From assembly GCA_963665275.2 (NCBI GenBank), contig CAXXIN010000009.1, positions 93,008 to 157,007 of the forward strand: 64,000 nt of DNA, written 5' to 3'. Under the pieces are notes generated by a model that worked only from the letters and a program-made list of their open reading frames with translations, had not been told where the DNA came from and made no database searches. Positions 28,162 to 37,537 of the stretch are shown piece after piece. This stretch comes from Negativicutes bacterium (GTDB lineage: Bacteria > Bacillota > Negativicutes > UBA1444). The position numbers and the translations under genes are program-made. Numbering within the stretch: position 1 is the first letter of the stretch; each line of letters starts with the position of its first letter.

Positions 28162-28530
28162 TCAACTGCCGAATGCATTGGGAATGTGGTGGATTGACGG
28201 CTGGTCCGCCGAACCCATCAATATTTCAATGACGTCAAAGCGGCAGGGATAGTTGGACAGATGAAAGCATTGCATATACAGCAATGCCGTTCTGATAATC
28301 CGCTGCTGTTTGGGGACATTGACCGCCTCCGCCCCGGAACCATGGCAGAGACTACTTCGACTCTTCACTTCACAGAAAACCAATTCTCCAGATCTTTGCG
28401 CAATGATATCGATTTCACCTGTTTTCATTCGCCAATTTCTTTGAAGAATTTGATATCCCCGATCCAATAAAAAGACCGCCGCGAGGTCCTCCCCGCGACG
28501 GCCTTTTTCTACACAGTTCATAGAAATCAT
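28162..28530 (-). CDS. yraN: YraN family (UPF0102) nuclease
   Basis: GRRGEDLA..RNW..GEIDII..FCEVKSR..RFDV..HIPNAF. Confidence 0.93.
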   Translation of the reverse strand: MISMNCVEKGRRGEDLAAVFLLDRGYQILQRNWRMKTGEIDIIAQRSGELVFCEVKSRSSLCHGSGAEAVNVPKQQRIIRTALLYMQCFHLSNYPCRFDVIEILMGSADQPSIHHIPNAFGS

Positions 28531-28826
28531 CTTCTCTTTCCTATTCTGTCAGCGGCTCTCCCATCCATGCGATAAACGAATGCAAGAACGTTGGCGACAG
28601 CTTGATACAGTTCAGGAGGAATTTCCCGATCCAATTCAACAGCCATCAATAGTTGAGTAACTGTCTGGTTCTGATATACGGGAACTGCGTTACGCTTGGC
28701 GATTGCCAATAATTGCTGTGCAACAAAACCTCGGCCCTTTGCCACCACTCGCGGCGCATCTTCGCGATCTCTATCGAAACGAAGAGCCACCGCCTCCGGG
28801 ACAAGAACATTTTTGTCCTTATCCAT
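28527..28826 (-). CDS. FlhB C-terminal-like protein (FlhX/YlqH; EscU/YscU family)
   Basis: AVALRFD..APRVVAKGRG..IA....VPV..EIPPELYQAVA.VLAFVY; 99 aa, no TM domain. Confidence 0.9.
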   Translation of the reverse strand: MDKDKNVLVPEAVALRFDRDREDAPRVVAKGRGFVAQQLLAIAKRNAVPVYQNQTVTQLLMAVELDREIPPELYQAVANVLAFVYRMDGRAADRIGKRR

Positions 28827-30378
28827 CGGCCATTCCCCCTACGGCGCTTCTCTGCGTGACTGAAATGTTTTTCAGTTCAAAGGGTGTTGCAGCAAGTTCT
28901 TCGCGAATTTCAGATATAGAAGACTGAAATTCCGATGCGCTATCCACATCAGCAAACCGGCTGAATATAGTAAGATATTTTTTATCCTGAAGCCGAAAGC
29001 TTAGATCAACCACACCAATATAATCGGTCTCCAACGAAACCCTGACCCATACTTCCTGTTCCGGTGGTTGTGAACTCCCCCGGTCTTTTTTTTCTTCATA
29101 TATTTGAATTAGAGCTGGATAGGGTTTTTCCTGCCCGGGTGCATATAAAGCAACCTGCAGCATCAAACCGCGGGATGCAGAATCATCTCCCTGATTACGA
29201 AACATTCCCGGTTGTTCAAAAGTTGATACCAATTCTTTTAAAGTGGCGGCCGACTGCTGACGTTCCGTTTGTCCCAGTTGCACCCACGGCGTCAAATCAG
29301 CTGCTTTTGCGGCGGTCCAAAACTCAAGCAGTTCAGGTTTTTGCTCGCGCTCAGCCATTGACGTCAGCCATTGAGGAGCTGATCGGGCCAGTTTGTCAAA
29401 AGCGACTGCTGACGCCTTGCCTTCAGATTTAGCAGGCAGTGCTCCTTCAGTTGCCGCCACGATCTCCGGCAACATGGAAAACAACTTACTCAACGCTTCC
29501 GGGCGCGACGCCAAGTTGGACAATAACAGTTCGAACCGTCCAGTTCGTGATAAAACACTTGATGCTGCAGACAAAAGCGTTTGGTTTTCTGCGCCTGTCG
29601 CATCAGCCGCCAGTTCTTGCAGCACCGACGTTATGGTTTGGGAAGCGCCAGCGGCGGCGCCAGATCCTCCCCAGCCCTGCGCAGCAGCCCACACCTTGAC
29701 CAATTCCGGCTGTCCGATTGATTGAGCCGTTAGGGTTATCTGCGGGTCCATCTGAGAGATCAGCTTTGACAACTGCGCTGATATCGCGGGATCGTTTGCT
29801 GCATTATTCAGAACACCCCCGACAGCATTTACCCATTGAGGAAGTGCTGTCCCAATATCGCCTGTTTGCAGAGCCTTGTCCATTAGTATCGCCAAAACAG
29901 CAACTGGAGTAGGCATGTTTTTTGTCGCAGCCCCCATATTCTGTAAGGCAATCAATCCTCGATCTACAGCGGTCTGCAAGGCTTTTGATCCAGCAAACTC
30001 CGGTATCTGATCAACATAAGCCAACTCGGTTGCAACCTGACGAATCGTATCTGATAGAACGCGGTTCTCCCGAACGATTCCAGACAATCCTTGCTGGATT
30101 TCGGCATGACCTGCGGCAGCGTCGCCTTTTGAGGAAAGCATAGTTTCCTTCAATCGATCCTGTACACTAAGGGGTAAGCTATCGATCAATTCTAGTCGTT
30201 GGGAGACCATACGACCAAAAGCCTGTAGCAAATCGGGCATCGAAAAGTCTGCATCAGAAGCTGCATTAGTTAGTGTTGCACCAACATCCGCCGTGGCACC
30301 GGAACTCGACTGCGTGTTTGTACGAGCGCTGTTTTCCTGATTTATCGTTGCAGCTCGTGTGAAATCATCGATTCTCAT
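28819..30378 (-). CDS. YlqG-like protein with a FliK-like C-terminal domain
   Basis: Ala-rich body; C-terminal VRVSLETDYIGVVDLSF..F...ISEIREEL resembles the FliK T3S4 domain; rnhB-ylqG-ylqH synteny; start behind GGAGG. Confidence 0.65.
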   Translation of the reverse strand: MRIDDFTRAATINQENSARTNTQSSSGATADVGATLTNAASDADFSMPDLLQAFGRMVSQRLELIDSLPLSVQDRLKETMLSSKGDAAAGHAEIQQGLSGIVRENRVLSDTIRQVATELAYVDQIPEFAGSKALQTAVDRGLIALQNMGAATKNMPTPVAVLAILMDKALQTGDIGTALPQWVNAVGGVLNNAANDPAISAQLSKLISQMDPQITLTAQSIGQPELVKVWAAAQGWGGSGAAAGASQTITSVLQELAADATGAENQTLLSAASSVLSRTGRFELLLSNLASRPEALSKLFSMLPEIVAATEGALPAKSEGKASAVAFDKLARSAPQWLTSMAEREQKPELLEFWTAAKAADLTPWVQLGQTERQQSAATLKELVSTFEQPGMFRNQGDDSASRGLMLQVALYAPGQEKPYPALIQIYEEKKDRGSSQPPEQEVWVRVSLETDYIGVVDLSFRLQDKKYLTIFSRFADVDSASEFQSSISEIREELAATPFELKNISVTQRSAVGGMADG

Positions 30379-31057
30379 CAGTCGGTGTCCTCCACGATTT
30401 GATCGGCGCAAAACTTTGTCGGTGGATGGCACAGGGCCCATAAATTTCAATAGCCTTCAAATGTTCAGGTGTGCCATACCCTTTGTGTCTGCCAAATCCA
30501 TATTGAGGAAATTCAGCGTCCAAGTCTTGCATAATACGGTCGCGAATAACCTTAGCGATGATCGAAGCTGCAGCAATGCTGGCACTTAGCGAATCTCCAT
30601 GAATGATAGGCAAACAGGGAACCGATAAATCCGGTAGAGGCATCGCGTCGGAAAGCACCATATCAAAGGGATGAGACAAACCCGCCAGAGATTGAAGCAT
30701 CGCAACACGAGCCGCCTGATAGATATTAATTCGATCAATGTCTGACGGTTCAACGCGACTCCAAGAGTAGGCTACTGCCTTTGCCTGTATTTGTTCGAAC
30801 AGACGCTCCCGCCGCCGCGGCGAGACCTGCTTCGAGTCATTCAAATAAGGAAACTCGACTCCCAGCGGCAAAACCACCGCAGCAGCCACTACAGGTCCTG
30901 CCAGGGGTCCCCTGCCAGCCTCGTCGGTTCCTACGATAGCCGAATAACCCTGAGAAGCCCAATAACGTTCATACTTATAAAGGCCGTGACACGGCTGAAG
31001 GTCAGTTTCAATAAACGAAAGGGCCTGCCTATTCGTCTTTTTCTCCAGGTATTTCAA
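30365..31057 (-). CDS. rnhB: Ribonuclease HII
   Basis: GTDEAGRGPLAGPV, LNDSK, IAAASIIAKV.RD, HKGYGT, HRQSF. Confidence 0.97.
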   Translation of the reverse strand: MKYLEKKTNRQALSFIETDLQPCHGLYKYERYWASQGYSAIVGTDEAGRGPLAGPVVAAAVVLPLGVEFPYLNDSKQVSPRRRERLFEQIQAKAVAYSWSRVEPSDIDRINIYQAARVAMLQSLAGLSHPFDMVLSDAMPLPDLSVPCLPIIHGDSLSASIAAASIIAKVIRDRIMQDLDAEFPQYGFGRHKGYGTPEHLKAIEIYGPCAIHRQSFAPIKSWRTPTDENR

Positions 31058-31898
31058 ATGAAATCGACCCCAGTCTGCCTTGGCGAAAATCCGAAAGAAT
31101 CATTCGCGCCATATTGTCGACCTGTGGAATGCCTTCTTTCCCGAGCAGTCCCTGCGTTCTGGCTGCCTCTTCCAGCAATTCCTCGGCGCAAGCCCCCTGA
31201 ACGTCCTTGCCTTTAAGATAACGTTCTTGAAATTTTCCGGGATACTTCACAGACAGTTGATTAATCAACTCCAATGTGGCTTCACCCGTGTCATAAATAG
31301 TGTCTTTCAATGCGTTGCAAAGCCCCAACAAAAGAGCGCTCTTCTGGTCTGGCAGGCTGGGTGACAAAATGCCGGGAGTATCCAACAGGTCAACATCGCC
31401 ATCGACCCTTATCCACTGGCGGCCACGGGTTACTCCCGGTTTGTCGCCGGTTCTTGCCGATGCCGTTTTAACTACGCGGTTCACCAAAGATGATTTTCCC
31501 ACATTGGGTATCCCGATAATCATGACCCGGACCGAACGCGGCCGAAGTCCTTTCTTCGTAAGCTTTGCCAGCGCCGGAGCCCCGGCCTGCTTGGCTTTTT
31601 GCATCAACTGCCGAACACCTCTGCCATCAACTGCGTTAAGCAACGCTGCCGGGCGCCCCGAGGATTCAAAATACTTTACCCAGGCTTCAGTCACTGCAGG
31701 ATCAGCCAAATCAGCCTTATTTAGGGCGATAACAGTGGGACGACTGCCAATTAGTTCTTTCAACACCGGGTTGGCGCTGCTACGCGGCAATCTCGCATCC
31801 AGCACTTCGACCACAACGTCGACAACCTTGAGGTCTTCAGTAAGAATTCTCTTTGCTTTGGCCATGTGGCCAGGATACCATTGAATCATTTTACTCAT
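31029..31898 (-). CDS. rbgA: Ribosome biogenesis GTPase RbgA/YlqF
   Basis: IQWYPGHMAKA, LDARLP, NKADL, GIPNVGKSS, LLDTPG. Confidence 0.97.
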   Translation of the reverse strand: MSKMIQWYPGHMAKAKRILTEDLKVVDVVVEVLDARLPRSSANPVLKELIGSRPTVIALNKADLADPAVTEAWVKYFESSGRPAALLNAVDGRGVRQLMQKAKQAGAPALAKLTKKGLRPRSVRVMIIGIPNVGKSSLVNRVVKTASARTGDKPGVTRGRQWIRVDGDVDLLDTPGILSPSLPDQKSALLLGLCNALKDTIYDTGEATLELINQLSVKYPGKFQERYLKGKDVQGACAEELLEEAARTQGLLGKEGIPQVDNMARMILSDFRQGRLGSISFEIPGEKDE

Positions 31899-31907
31899 AT
31901 CAACACG

Positions 31908-32456
31908 CTACGGCAACGTCTTAAACTGGGATGGCGGCCAAAACACCAAGATAGCTTTGCCCTTAACCATATTAACCGGTACGAAGCCGACCGCACGGGA
32001 GCGGCTGTCTTCCGAATTGTTTCGGTTATCTCCCATAGCGAACAAATGACCCGCTGGAACTTTCGACGCCGGGAAATTCCCACGGGTCATCTCCAGAATG
32101 TAGGGTTCATCCAATAATTCGCCATTACGAAAAACCTGACCTTGCCTGACTTCAATCGTATCTCCGGCGACGCCAATGACCCTCTTGATGAAATCACGGC
32201 TCGGATCGCGCGGATATCGGAAGACCAGAATTTCCCCCCGTTCCGGGGTTTTAAAATAGTAAATGAATTTATTGACGACCAGGCGTTCACTATTCACAAG
32301 CGTCGGACGCATCGAAGGCCCCTCGACGAGGTAAAGCTCCACAATGAAATAGCGGATAAATAACGCAAGCGCGACTGCGATTAGGATGGAAATGACCCAG
32401 TCTTTGATTTCCTCATTCCAGTTTATCGTTGCCAAACAAACACAACCTCTCAGCAT
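31908..32456 (-). CDS. lepB: Signal peptidase I (true start probably TTG at 32435)
   Basis: GPSMRPTL, IKRVIG, MGDNRNNSEDSR. Confidence 0.95.
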   Translation of the reverse strand: MLRGCVCLATINWNEEIKDWVISILIAVALALFIRYFIVELYLVEGPSMRPTLVNSERLVVNKFIYYFKTPERGEILVFRYPRDPSRDFIKRVIGVAGDTIEVRQGQVFRNGELLDEPYILEMTRGNFPASKVPAGHLFAMGDNRNNSEDSRSRAVGFVPVNMVKGKAILVFWPPSQFKTLP

Positions 32457-32550
32457 AGGATAAGAAAAGACTAGGGATTATGCCCCGTCTCTTGAACGAT
32501 TTCAAAATCCTGATAAAGTGCTAACTTCAGGTAGTTTCGAAAAAGGAGAA

Positions 32551-32576
32551 AAAGGGACTGCTTGCAGTCCCTTTTC
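32551..32576 (-). terminator. Intrinsic terminator after rplS
   Basis: AAAAGGGACTGC-TT-GCAGTCCCTTTT inverted repeat. Confidence 0.7.
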
Positions 32577-32588
32577 AGTGATTTCAAA

Positions 32589-32930
32589 CTATCGTTTTTC
32601 TTTAATCCGGGCTGCTTTACCTTTGAGATCCCGCAGGTAGAAGAGTTTCGCCCGGCGGACTACACCGCGACGAATAACTTCAATTTTGTCCACTCTCGGA
32701 GAATGAACCGGGAACGTTCGCTCCACGCCGATGCCGTAAGAGATACGGCGAACGGTGAAGGTCTCACGCGAACTTCCGCCACTGCGACCGATTACAAGAC
32801 CTTCAAAAGCCTGCAACCTTTCGCGAGTTCCTTCCACAACCTTTACCTGTACCCTGACGGTGTCTCCAGGCCGAAATGCCGGGATGTCAGTTCGCAGTTG
32901 CTCCTGCTCGAGAATTCTGATAATATCCAT
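32589..32930 (-). CDS. rplS: 50S ribosomal protein L19
   Basis: [37 protein letters not shown]. Confidence 0.98.
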   Translation of the reverse strand: MDIIRILEQEQLRTDIPAFRPGDTVRVQVKVVEGTRERLQAFEGLVIGRSGGSSRETFTVRRISYGIGVERTFPVHSPRVDKIEVIRRGVVRRAKLFYLRDLKGKAARIKEKR

Positions 32931-32948
32931 GAATGCTCCTCCTTCTTC

Positions 32949-32987
32949 GGATGTTCTTGCCGGTCGCAACCGCACAGAGGACCACCC
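32949..32987 (-). promoter_or_regulatory. Probable L19 ribosomal-protein leader RNA
   Basis: GGGUGGUCCUCUGUG-CGGUUGCGACCG-GCAAGAACAUCC stem-loop immediately upstream of the rplS SD; resembles the Firmicutes L19 leader (from recall, not searched). Confidence 0.6.
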
Positions 32988-33040
32988 TGTATAAACATGA
33001 GAATTGTATCATAAACTTGATGGAATGACAAGGAACGCAG

Positions 33041-33790
33041 CTATAAGGAGTCGGCTTTTTTCAAAGCCGCCAGGAATTGCAGGTCTGCCGGCGTTAGCGA
33101 AAAGCTTTCCAACAAATCAGGCCGGATTTCCCAAGTCCGGCGCAAAGACTCCTGGCGCCGCCACTTATCAATATCGGCATGGTTCCCCGATAATAAAACG
33201 GAAGGAACTTCCCATTCCCGATACTGCCTGGGTCGCGTGTATTGAGGGTACTCCAGCAAACCTGATGAATAGGAATCCAATTCGGCTGCATTGGCAGCCC
33301 CCAAAGCACCAGGGATCAGTCGGACAATTGTATCTGTAATAATCATGGCAGGCAACTCACCGCCGGTAAGAACATAATCCCCCACCGAAAGAGCCTCATC
33401 ACAAAGATGGTCGCGCACGCGCTCGTCGATGCCTTCGTAATGACCGCACAACAGAATGAGATGTTCATACCGACTGAGCCGTTCCGCATCCGCCTGACAA
33501 AATCGGGGGGCAACCGGACTCATTAGCACAACATGAGGTTTGGACGCCTCCATGTTCGGCTGTGGGAAAAGACTCTCCACACAAGAAAAAATCGGTTCGG
33601 GCTTCATTACCATGCCGGAGCCGCCGCCGAAAGGATAATCGTCTACGATATGATGCTTGTCGGTCGCAAAATCACGCGGATTGACAACAGAAATATCGAC
33701 CAGTCCTGCGTTGCGGGCCCGACCGATGATACTACAACCAAGGGGACCCTCAAACATCTCTGGAAACAAGGATACAATATCAAACCGCAT
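33041..33790 (-). CDS. trmD: tRNA (guanine-N1)-methyltransferase
   Basis: [44 protein letters not shown]. Confidence 0.98.
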   Translation of the reverse strand: MRFDIVSLFPEMFEGPLGCSIIGRARNAGLVDISVVNPRDFATDKHHIVDDYPFGGGSGMVMKPEPIFSCVESLFPQPNMEASKPHVVLMSPVAPRFCQADAERLSRYEHLILLCGHYEGIDERVRDHLCDEALSVGDYVLTGGELPAMIITDTIVRLIPGALGAANAAELDSYSSGLLEYPQYTRPRQYREWEVPSVLLSGNHADIDKWRRQESLRRTWEIRPDLLESFSLTPADLQFLAALKKADSL

Positions 33791-33795
33791 TGTCG

Positions 33796-34293
33796 CTACC
33801 AATACTCCGGCAGTGTAACAATCATCCGACGTTCTATCATATCGATTTGTTTCACTACTGTATCGATAGCCGGTAATAGAATTTCTTCGTTTGAAGGTGT
33901 CTTGACCACATACACATCATTACTGCCTGTCTGCAGAACATTGTCCACAATCCCCAGCGCAACGCCTTGCTCATCGAAAACTTCGATACCGATGAGCTGA
34001 TGAATATAGAATTGCCCCGGCGGCAACGGCATCAGTGCGTCTTCCGTTACATATAGTTCCTGGTGGCGAAAGGGGAGCCAGACTTCCGGAGTATCCATGC
34101 CGCGAAATTTCGCCAGTACGGTATCCCTTTGCAGGCGGGCCGATTCTAAAACCAATCGGGTACCATCCGCAAGCAGCAGGTATTCCGTCTCTTCGAACCG
34201 ACGCGGAAAGTCCGTGAGCGGCTGCAATTTGACCTCTCCACGGACTCCGTGCGGTATCGTTATCCTGGCAACAGCGATCAAGTTATCTTTCAC
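33796..34293 (-). CDS. rimM: Ribosome maturation factor RimM
   Basis: [30 protein letters not shown]. Confidence 0.96.
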   Translation of the reverse strand: MKDNLIAVARITIPHGVRGEVKLQPLTDFPRRFEETEYLLLADGTRLVLESARLQRDTVLAKFRGMDTPEVWLPFRHQELYVTEDALMPLPPGQFYIHQLIGIEVFDEQGVALGIVDNVLQTGSNDVYVVKTPSNEEILLPAIDTVVKQIDMIERRMIVTLPEYW

Positions 34294-34305
34294 TGCGCCC
34301 TCATC

Positions 34306-34713
34306 TCATTCCCGGATGGCCAAAATCTTGCCATCTTCGAGCAAGATCTCACGACCCATCAATTTTTGCAGATCATCGCCTTCTGATACCGTAACCATCT
34401 GCTCCATCGTGCCCTGAACAATTTCAGCGCCGATTTCAAGCTGGCTGGTTTCTTTCAGTTTTTCCTGCATATGGCTTTTGAGTTCGAGGCGTTTCTGCTT
34501 CTCGCCATCAATCTGCTGCCGAAGCGCAGTCAGACCCTGTACGTCAGAACGAACCTGTTCCGTCATGAGCCGTTTTGCATGAAATTCGATCTGTTGAAGC
34601 TCCATGTCAATTTTGGCCATGGCTTCCTTGATCTCCGCGATCAGCTGTTCCTTGAGGATCTCGGTAACCTTGGACTTCACGGTCACCGGGCATTTTAATG
34701 TAATTGCGCTCAT
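34306..34713 (-). CDS. ylqD: YlqD family protein
   Basis: Coiled coil, EI.QG.ME..V.V.EGD, EILLEDGKI..IR; between khpA and rimM. Confidence 0.85.
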   Translation of the reverse strand: MSAITLKCPVTVKSKVTEILKEQLIAEIKEAMAKIDMELQQIEFHAKRLMTEQVRSDVQGLTALRQQIDGEKQKRLELKSHMQEKLKETSQLEIGAEIVQGTMEQMVTVSEGDDLQKLMGREILLEDGKILAIRE

Positions 34714-34940
34714 CCTACAATCTCCACCATAACTCTACGGTTTTCACGGGTAGCAGCCGCCTTGGCCATCGTACGGATCGCCTTGGCAATGCGTCCCTGT
34801 TTCCCAATGACTTTACCCATATCTTCCTGTGCAACCGTCACCTCGTAAATCCAGGTGTCATTTTCGACTTTTTCGATAACACAGATCTGATCCGGGTTCT
34901 TCACTAACGATCGGACCAAAAGTTCAATAAGTTCTTTCAC
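34710..34940 (-). CDS. khpA: KH-domain RNA-binding protein KhpA (YlqC)
   Basis: DMGKVIGKQGRIAKAIRT. Confidence 0.94.
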   Translation of the reverse strand: MKELIELLVRSLVKNPDQICVIEKVENDTWIYEVTVAQEDMGKVIGKQGRIAKAIRTMAKAAATRENRRVMVEIVG

Positions 34941-34945
34941 TCCGC

Positions 34946-35230
34946 TTAGCCCTCCTTCCGGGCTTGTTGTTTCTGCTCGTCAATTTTCTTCATTGTACCT
35001 GCTTTTTGTAACAAAGTTTTGACGGTATCGGTAATCTGAGCACCTTTACCAATCCATTCCAAGGCCTTCTCTTCATCGAGTTTCACCGTGGCCGGTTTGG
35101 TTGTCGGGTCATAGTAGCCGATTGATTCGATGAAACGGCCATCACGCGGAGAACGGGAATCCGCCACCACAATACGGAAAAAAGAATCTTTTTTGCCACC
35201 CATGAGACGCAAACGAATTTTTACTGCCAT
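34946..35230 (-). CDS. rpsP: 30S ribosomal protein S16
   Basis: [30 protein letters not shown]. Confidence 0.98.
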   Translation of the reverse strand: MAVKIRLRLMGGKKDSFFRIVVADSRSPRDGRFIESIGYYDPTTKPATVKLDEEKALEWIGKGAQITDTVKTLLQKAGTMKKIDEQKQQARKEG

Positions 35231-35283
35231 ATCTTTCACCTCCTTTACATAATCCAAACGTTTTTTTTATCAATGCCAGCTTG

Positions 35284-36633
35284 TCAGCGACCAAAAGGCA
35301 ACCGGAAGCCGGACATTTTCTGTCCTGATTTTTGCATTCCCTGCATCCGCTTCATCATCTTGCGGGCTTCCAGGAACTGCTTTAACAGTCGGTTCACATC
35401 CTGAACCCTGGTGCCGCTGCCATCGGCGATGCGTTTGCGGCGACTGCCGTTGATGATACTCGGATCACGGCGTTCTTTCTTGGTCATTGACCGGATGATG
35501 GCCTCGACCCGATTCATATCCTTCTCGTCGATCTCCATACCCTGCAGCTGTTTCATCTTGCTGCCCATGCCGGGAATCATACCCAAGATTTGTTCGAATG
35601 AACCCATTTTGCGGATCGATTGCATCTGCGTGAGAAAGTCATCCAGCGTAAATTCGTTCTTGCTCAACTTTTGCTGCATGGCTAGGGCTTTGTCCTGATC
35701 GAAGTTCTCCTGGGCTTTCTCAATCAGACTCAGCATATCTCCCATTCCTAGAATGCGGGAGGCCATACGGTCGGGATGGAACGACTCCAGATTTTCAGTT
35801 TTTTCACCGCTGCCAACGAATTTAATCGGCCGACCGGTCACGGCCCGAACGGATAGAGCCGCACCACCGCGGGCGTCGCCGTCCATTTTGGTCAAAATGA
35901 TACCGTCAACTCCAACCATACCATGGAAGTTTTCGGCCACATTGACTGCATCCTGGCCGGTCATCGCATCGACGACCAACAGTATTTCATGGGGTTTAAC
36001 CAAGTTTTTGATATTAATCAGTTCATTCATCATGTCGGTGTCGACATGCAAACGACCTGCGGTGTCGATGATCACAACATCGCGCAATTGGGCCAGCGCC
36101 GTTTCCCGCACAGACCGGACAACTTCGAGAGGCCTCGTTTCTCCTGCTAACGCAAGCACCGGGATATCCAGCTGTTTTCCGAGGGTCTGCAGCTGTTGAA
36201 CTGCTGCTGGGCGGTACAAGTCCGCCGCCACAAGCAATGGGCGTTTTCCCTGTTTGGCAAAATGGCGCGCAAGCTTGGCTGCAGTGGTCGTTTTGCCTGA
36301 TCCCTGCAGTCCTACCATCATAATGACAGTCGGCGGCTCCGAGGCCATGGCGATCCCCCGCTGGGCGCCTCCCATCATCTCAGTTAGCTCTTCATACACA
36401 ATCTTGACAACCTGCTGCGCCGGATTCAGGCTTTCCAGCACATCTAGACCAACCGCCCGGGTTTTTACCCGCGCGACAAAGTCTTTAACAACTTTGAAGT
36501 TAACGTCAGCTTCAAGCAAGGCCAAGCGGACTTCGCGCAAACATTCATTGACATCGGACTCGGATAAACGCCCCCGACCCCGCAAATTTTTAAAAATACC
36601 TTGCAACCGATCTGCTAATCCTGAAAACAACAC
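35284..36633 (-). CDS. ffh: Signal recognition particle protein Ffh
   Basis: GLQGSGKTT, DTAGR, TKMDGDARGG, Met-rich M domain with SRRKRIA.GSG. Confidence 0.98.
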   Translation of the reverse strand: MLFSGLADRLQGIFKNLRGRGRLSESDVNECLREVRLALLEADVNFKVVKDFVARVKTRAVGLDVLESLNPAQQVVKIVYEELTEMMGGAQRGIAMASEPPTVIMMVGLQGSGKTTTAAKLARHFAKQGKRPLLVAADLYRPAAVQQLQTLGKQLDIPVLALAGETRPLEVVRSVRETALAQLRDVVIIDTAGRLHVDTDMMNELINIKNLVKPHEILLVVDAMTGQDAVNVAENFHGMVGVDGIILTKMDGDARGGAALSVRAVTGRPIKFVGSGEKTENLESFHPDRMASRILGMGDMLSLIEKAQENFDQDKALAMQQKLSKNEFTLDDFLTQMQSIRKMGSFEQILGMIPGMGSKMKQLQGMEIDEKDMNRVEAIIRSMTKKERRDPSIINGSRRKRIADGSGTRVQDVNRLLKQFLEARKMMKRMQGMQKSGQKMSGFRLPFGR

Positions 36634-36650
36634 GTTTAGTACCCCATCTC

Positions 36651-36998
36651 TTATTTGAGAATTTGATCCACCACATCCAAGGCCCGTTGAAGCGTTTTAT
36701 CAGAAGGATGTTTCGCTTTGATTGCCTCTACAAGCGCCGACTGAACAACCAGCAGCAATTCCGTTCTATTTTTGTCCTGCTCCAGTAGTTTTAATTTTTT
36801 TTCATATTGTTCCAGCAACTCTTCTGTACGATGCAAAATGTCATTGATCGCTTGTCGCGATACACCTAATTCGGCGGCGATTTCTCCCAATGACAAATCT
36901 TGCAGATAATGCAAATCAAGACATTTCCGTTGCCGTTCTGTCAATAATTCACCGTAAGCATCATACAAGCGCCCGATCCGAATCATTTTTTCAATCAT
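36651..36998 (-). CDS. ylxM: YlxM family HTH protein
   Basis: LYDAYGELLTERQ..Y..DLSLGEIA..VSRQA; upstream of ffh; start placed at MIEK (36998). Confidence 0.92.
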   Translation of the reverse strand: MIEKMIRIGRLYDAYGELLTERQRKCLDLHYLQDLSLGEIAAELGVSRQAINDILHRTEELLEQYEKKLKLLEQDKNRTELLLVVQSALVEAIKAKHPSDKTLQRALDVVDQILK

Positions 36999-37004
36999 AG
37001 GAAG

Positions 37005-37033
37005 ATTATAATTCAGCCGCGCACCGCTGTCAA
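37005..37033 (-). promoter_or_regulatory. Consensus sigma-A promoter of ylxM-ffh
   Basis: TTGACA-17 bp-TATAAT. Confidence 0.85.
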
Positions 37034-37149
37034 GCCTTTTTGCTTTACACCAAGATCCAGCGACGCGCCTACTAATGATCTGTGAAGGAAAAGGAGACTG
37101 CAATAGCTAACATTAATTATACAAATATTAATTCTGGGAGTGAGCAAGC

Positions 37150-37392
37150 ATGATCAAATGTCCCCTCTGCAACCAAATGGAAATTGAGTATCGAATGGAA
37201 AAAAGAGATTTTGCCGGAAATCTTGTTACAACAGAGGCTCCTGGCGACAAAATCTTTCCCGCGACGGCTACGGAGTGTCAGTTATTCGCACTTTACCGAC
37301 AATACAGCGGCGATTCCAGCGGTGCGTCCGGCAAAGGAAAACTGGCGCTCTGGATTGCTACCCTTGGTTACACGCGTTTGATCAAATATTGA
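37150..37392 (+). CDS. Small hypothetical protein with an N-terminal CxxC
   Basis: GGGAG SD before the ATG, 80 aa, fills an otherwise empty intergenic gap. Confidence 0.5.
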   Translation: MIKCPLCNQMEIEYRMEKRDFAGNLVTTEAPGDKIFPATATECQLFALYRQYSGDSSGASGKGKLALWIATLGYTRLIKY

Positions 37393-37537
37393 TTAAAATT
37401 CTTTTCCCATGAGATCTACGCCCAAGTAAAAACATCGTCTTTAACTCTCGATTTTTCGTCATCCGTATAATTAGAATCATTGTATCTACACATATGACAT
37501 AATTGAAATTTTTAAAATAATAGCCGGTTCATACCTA

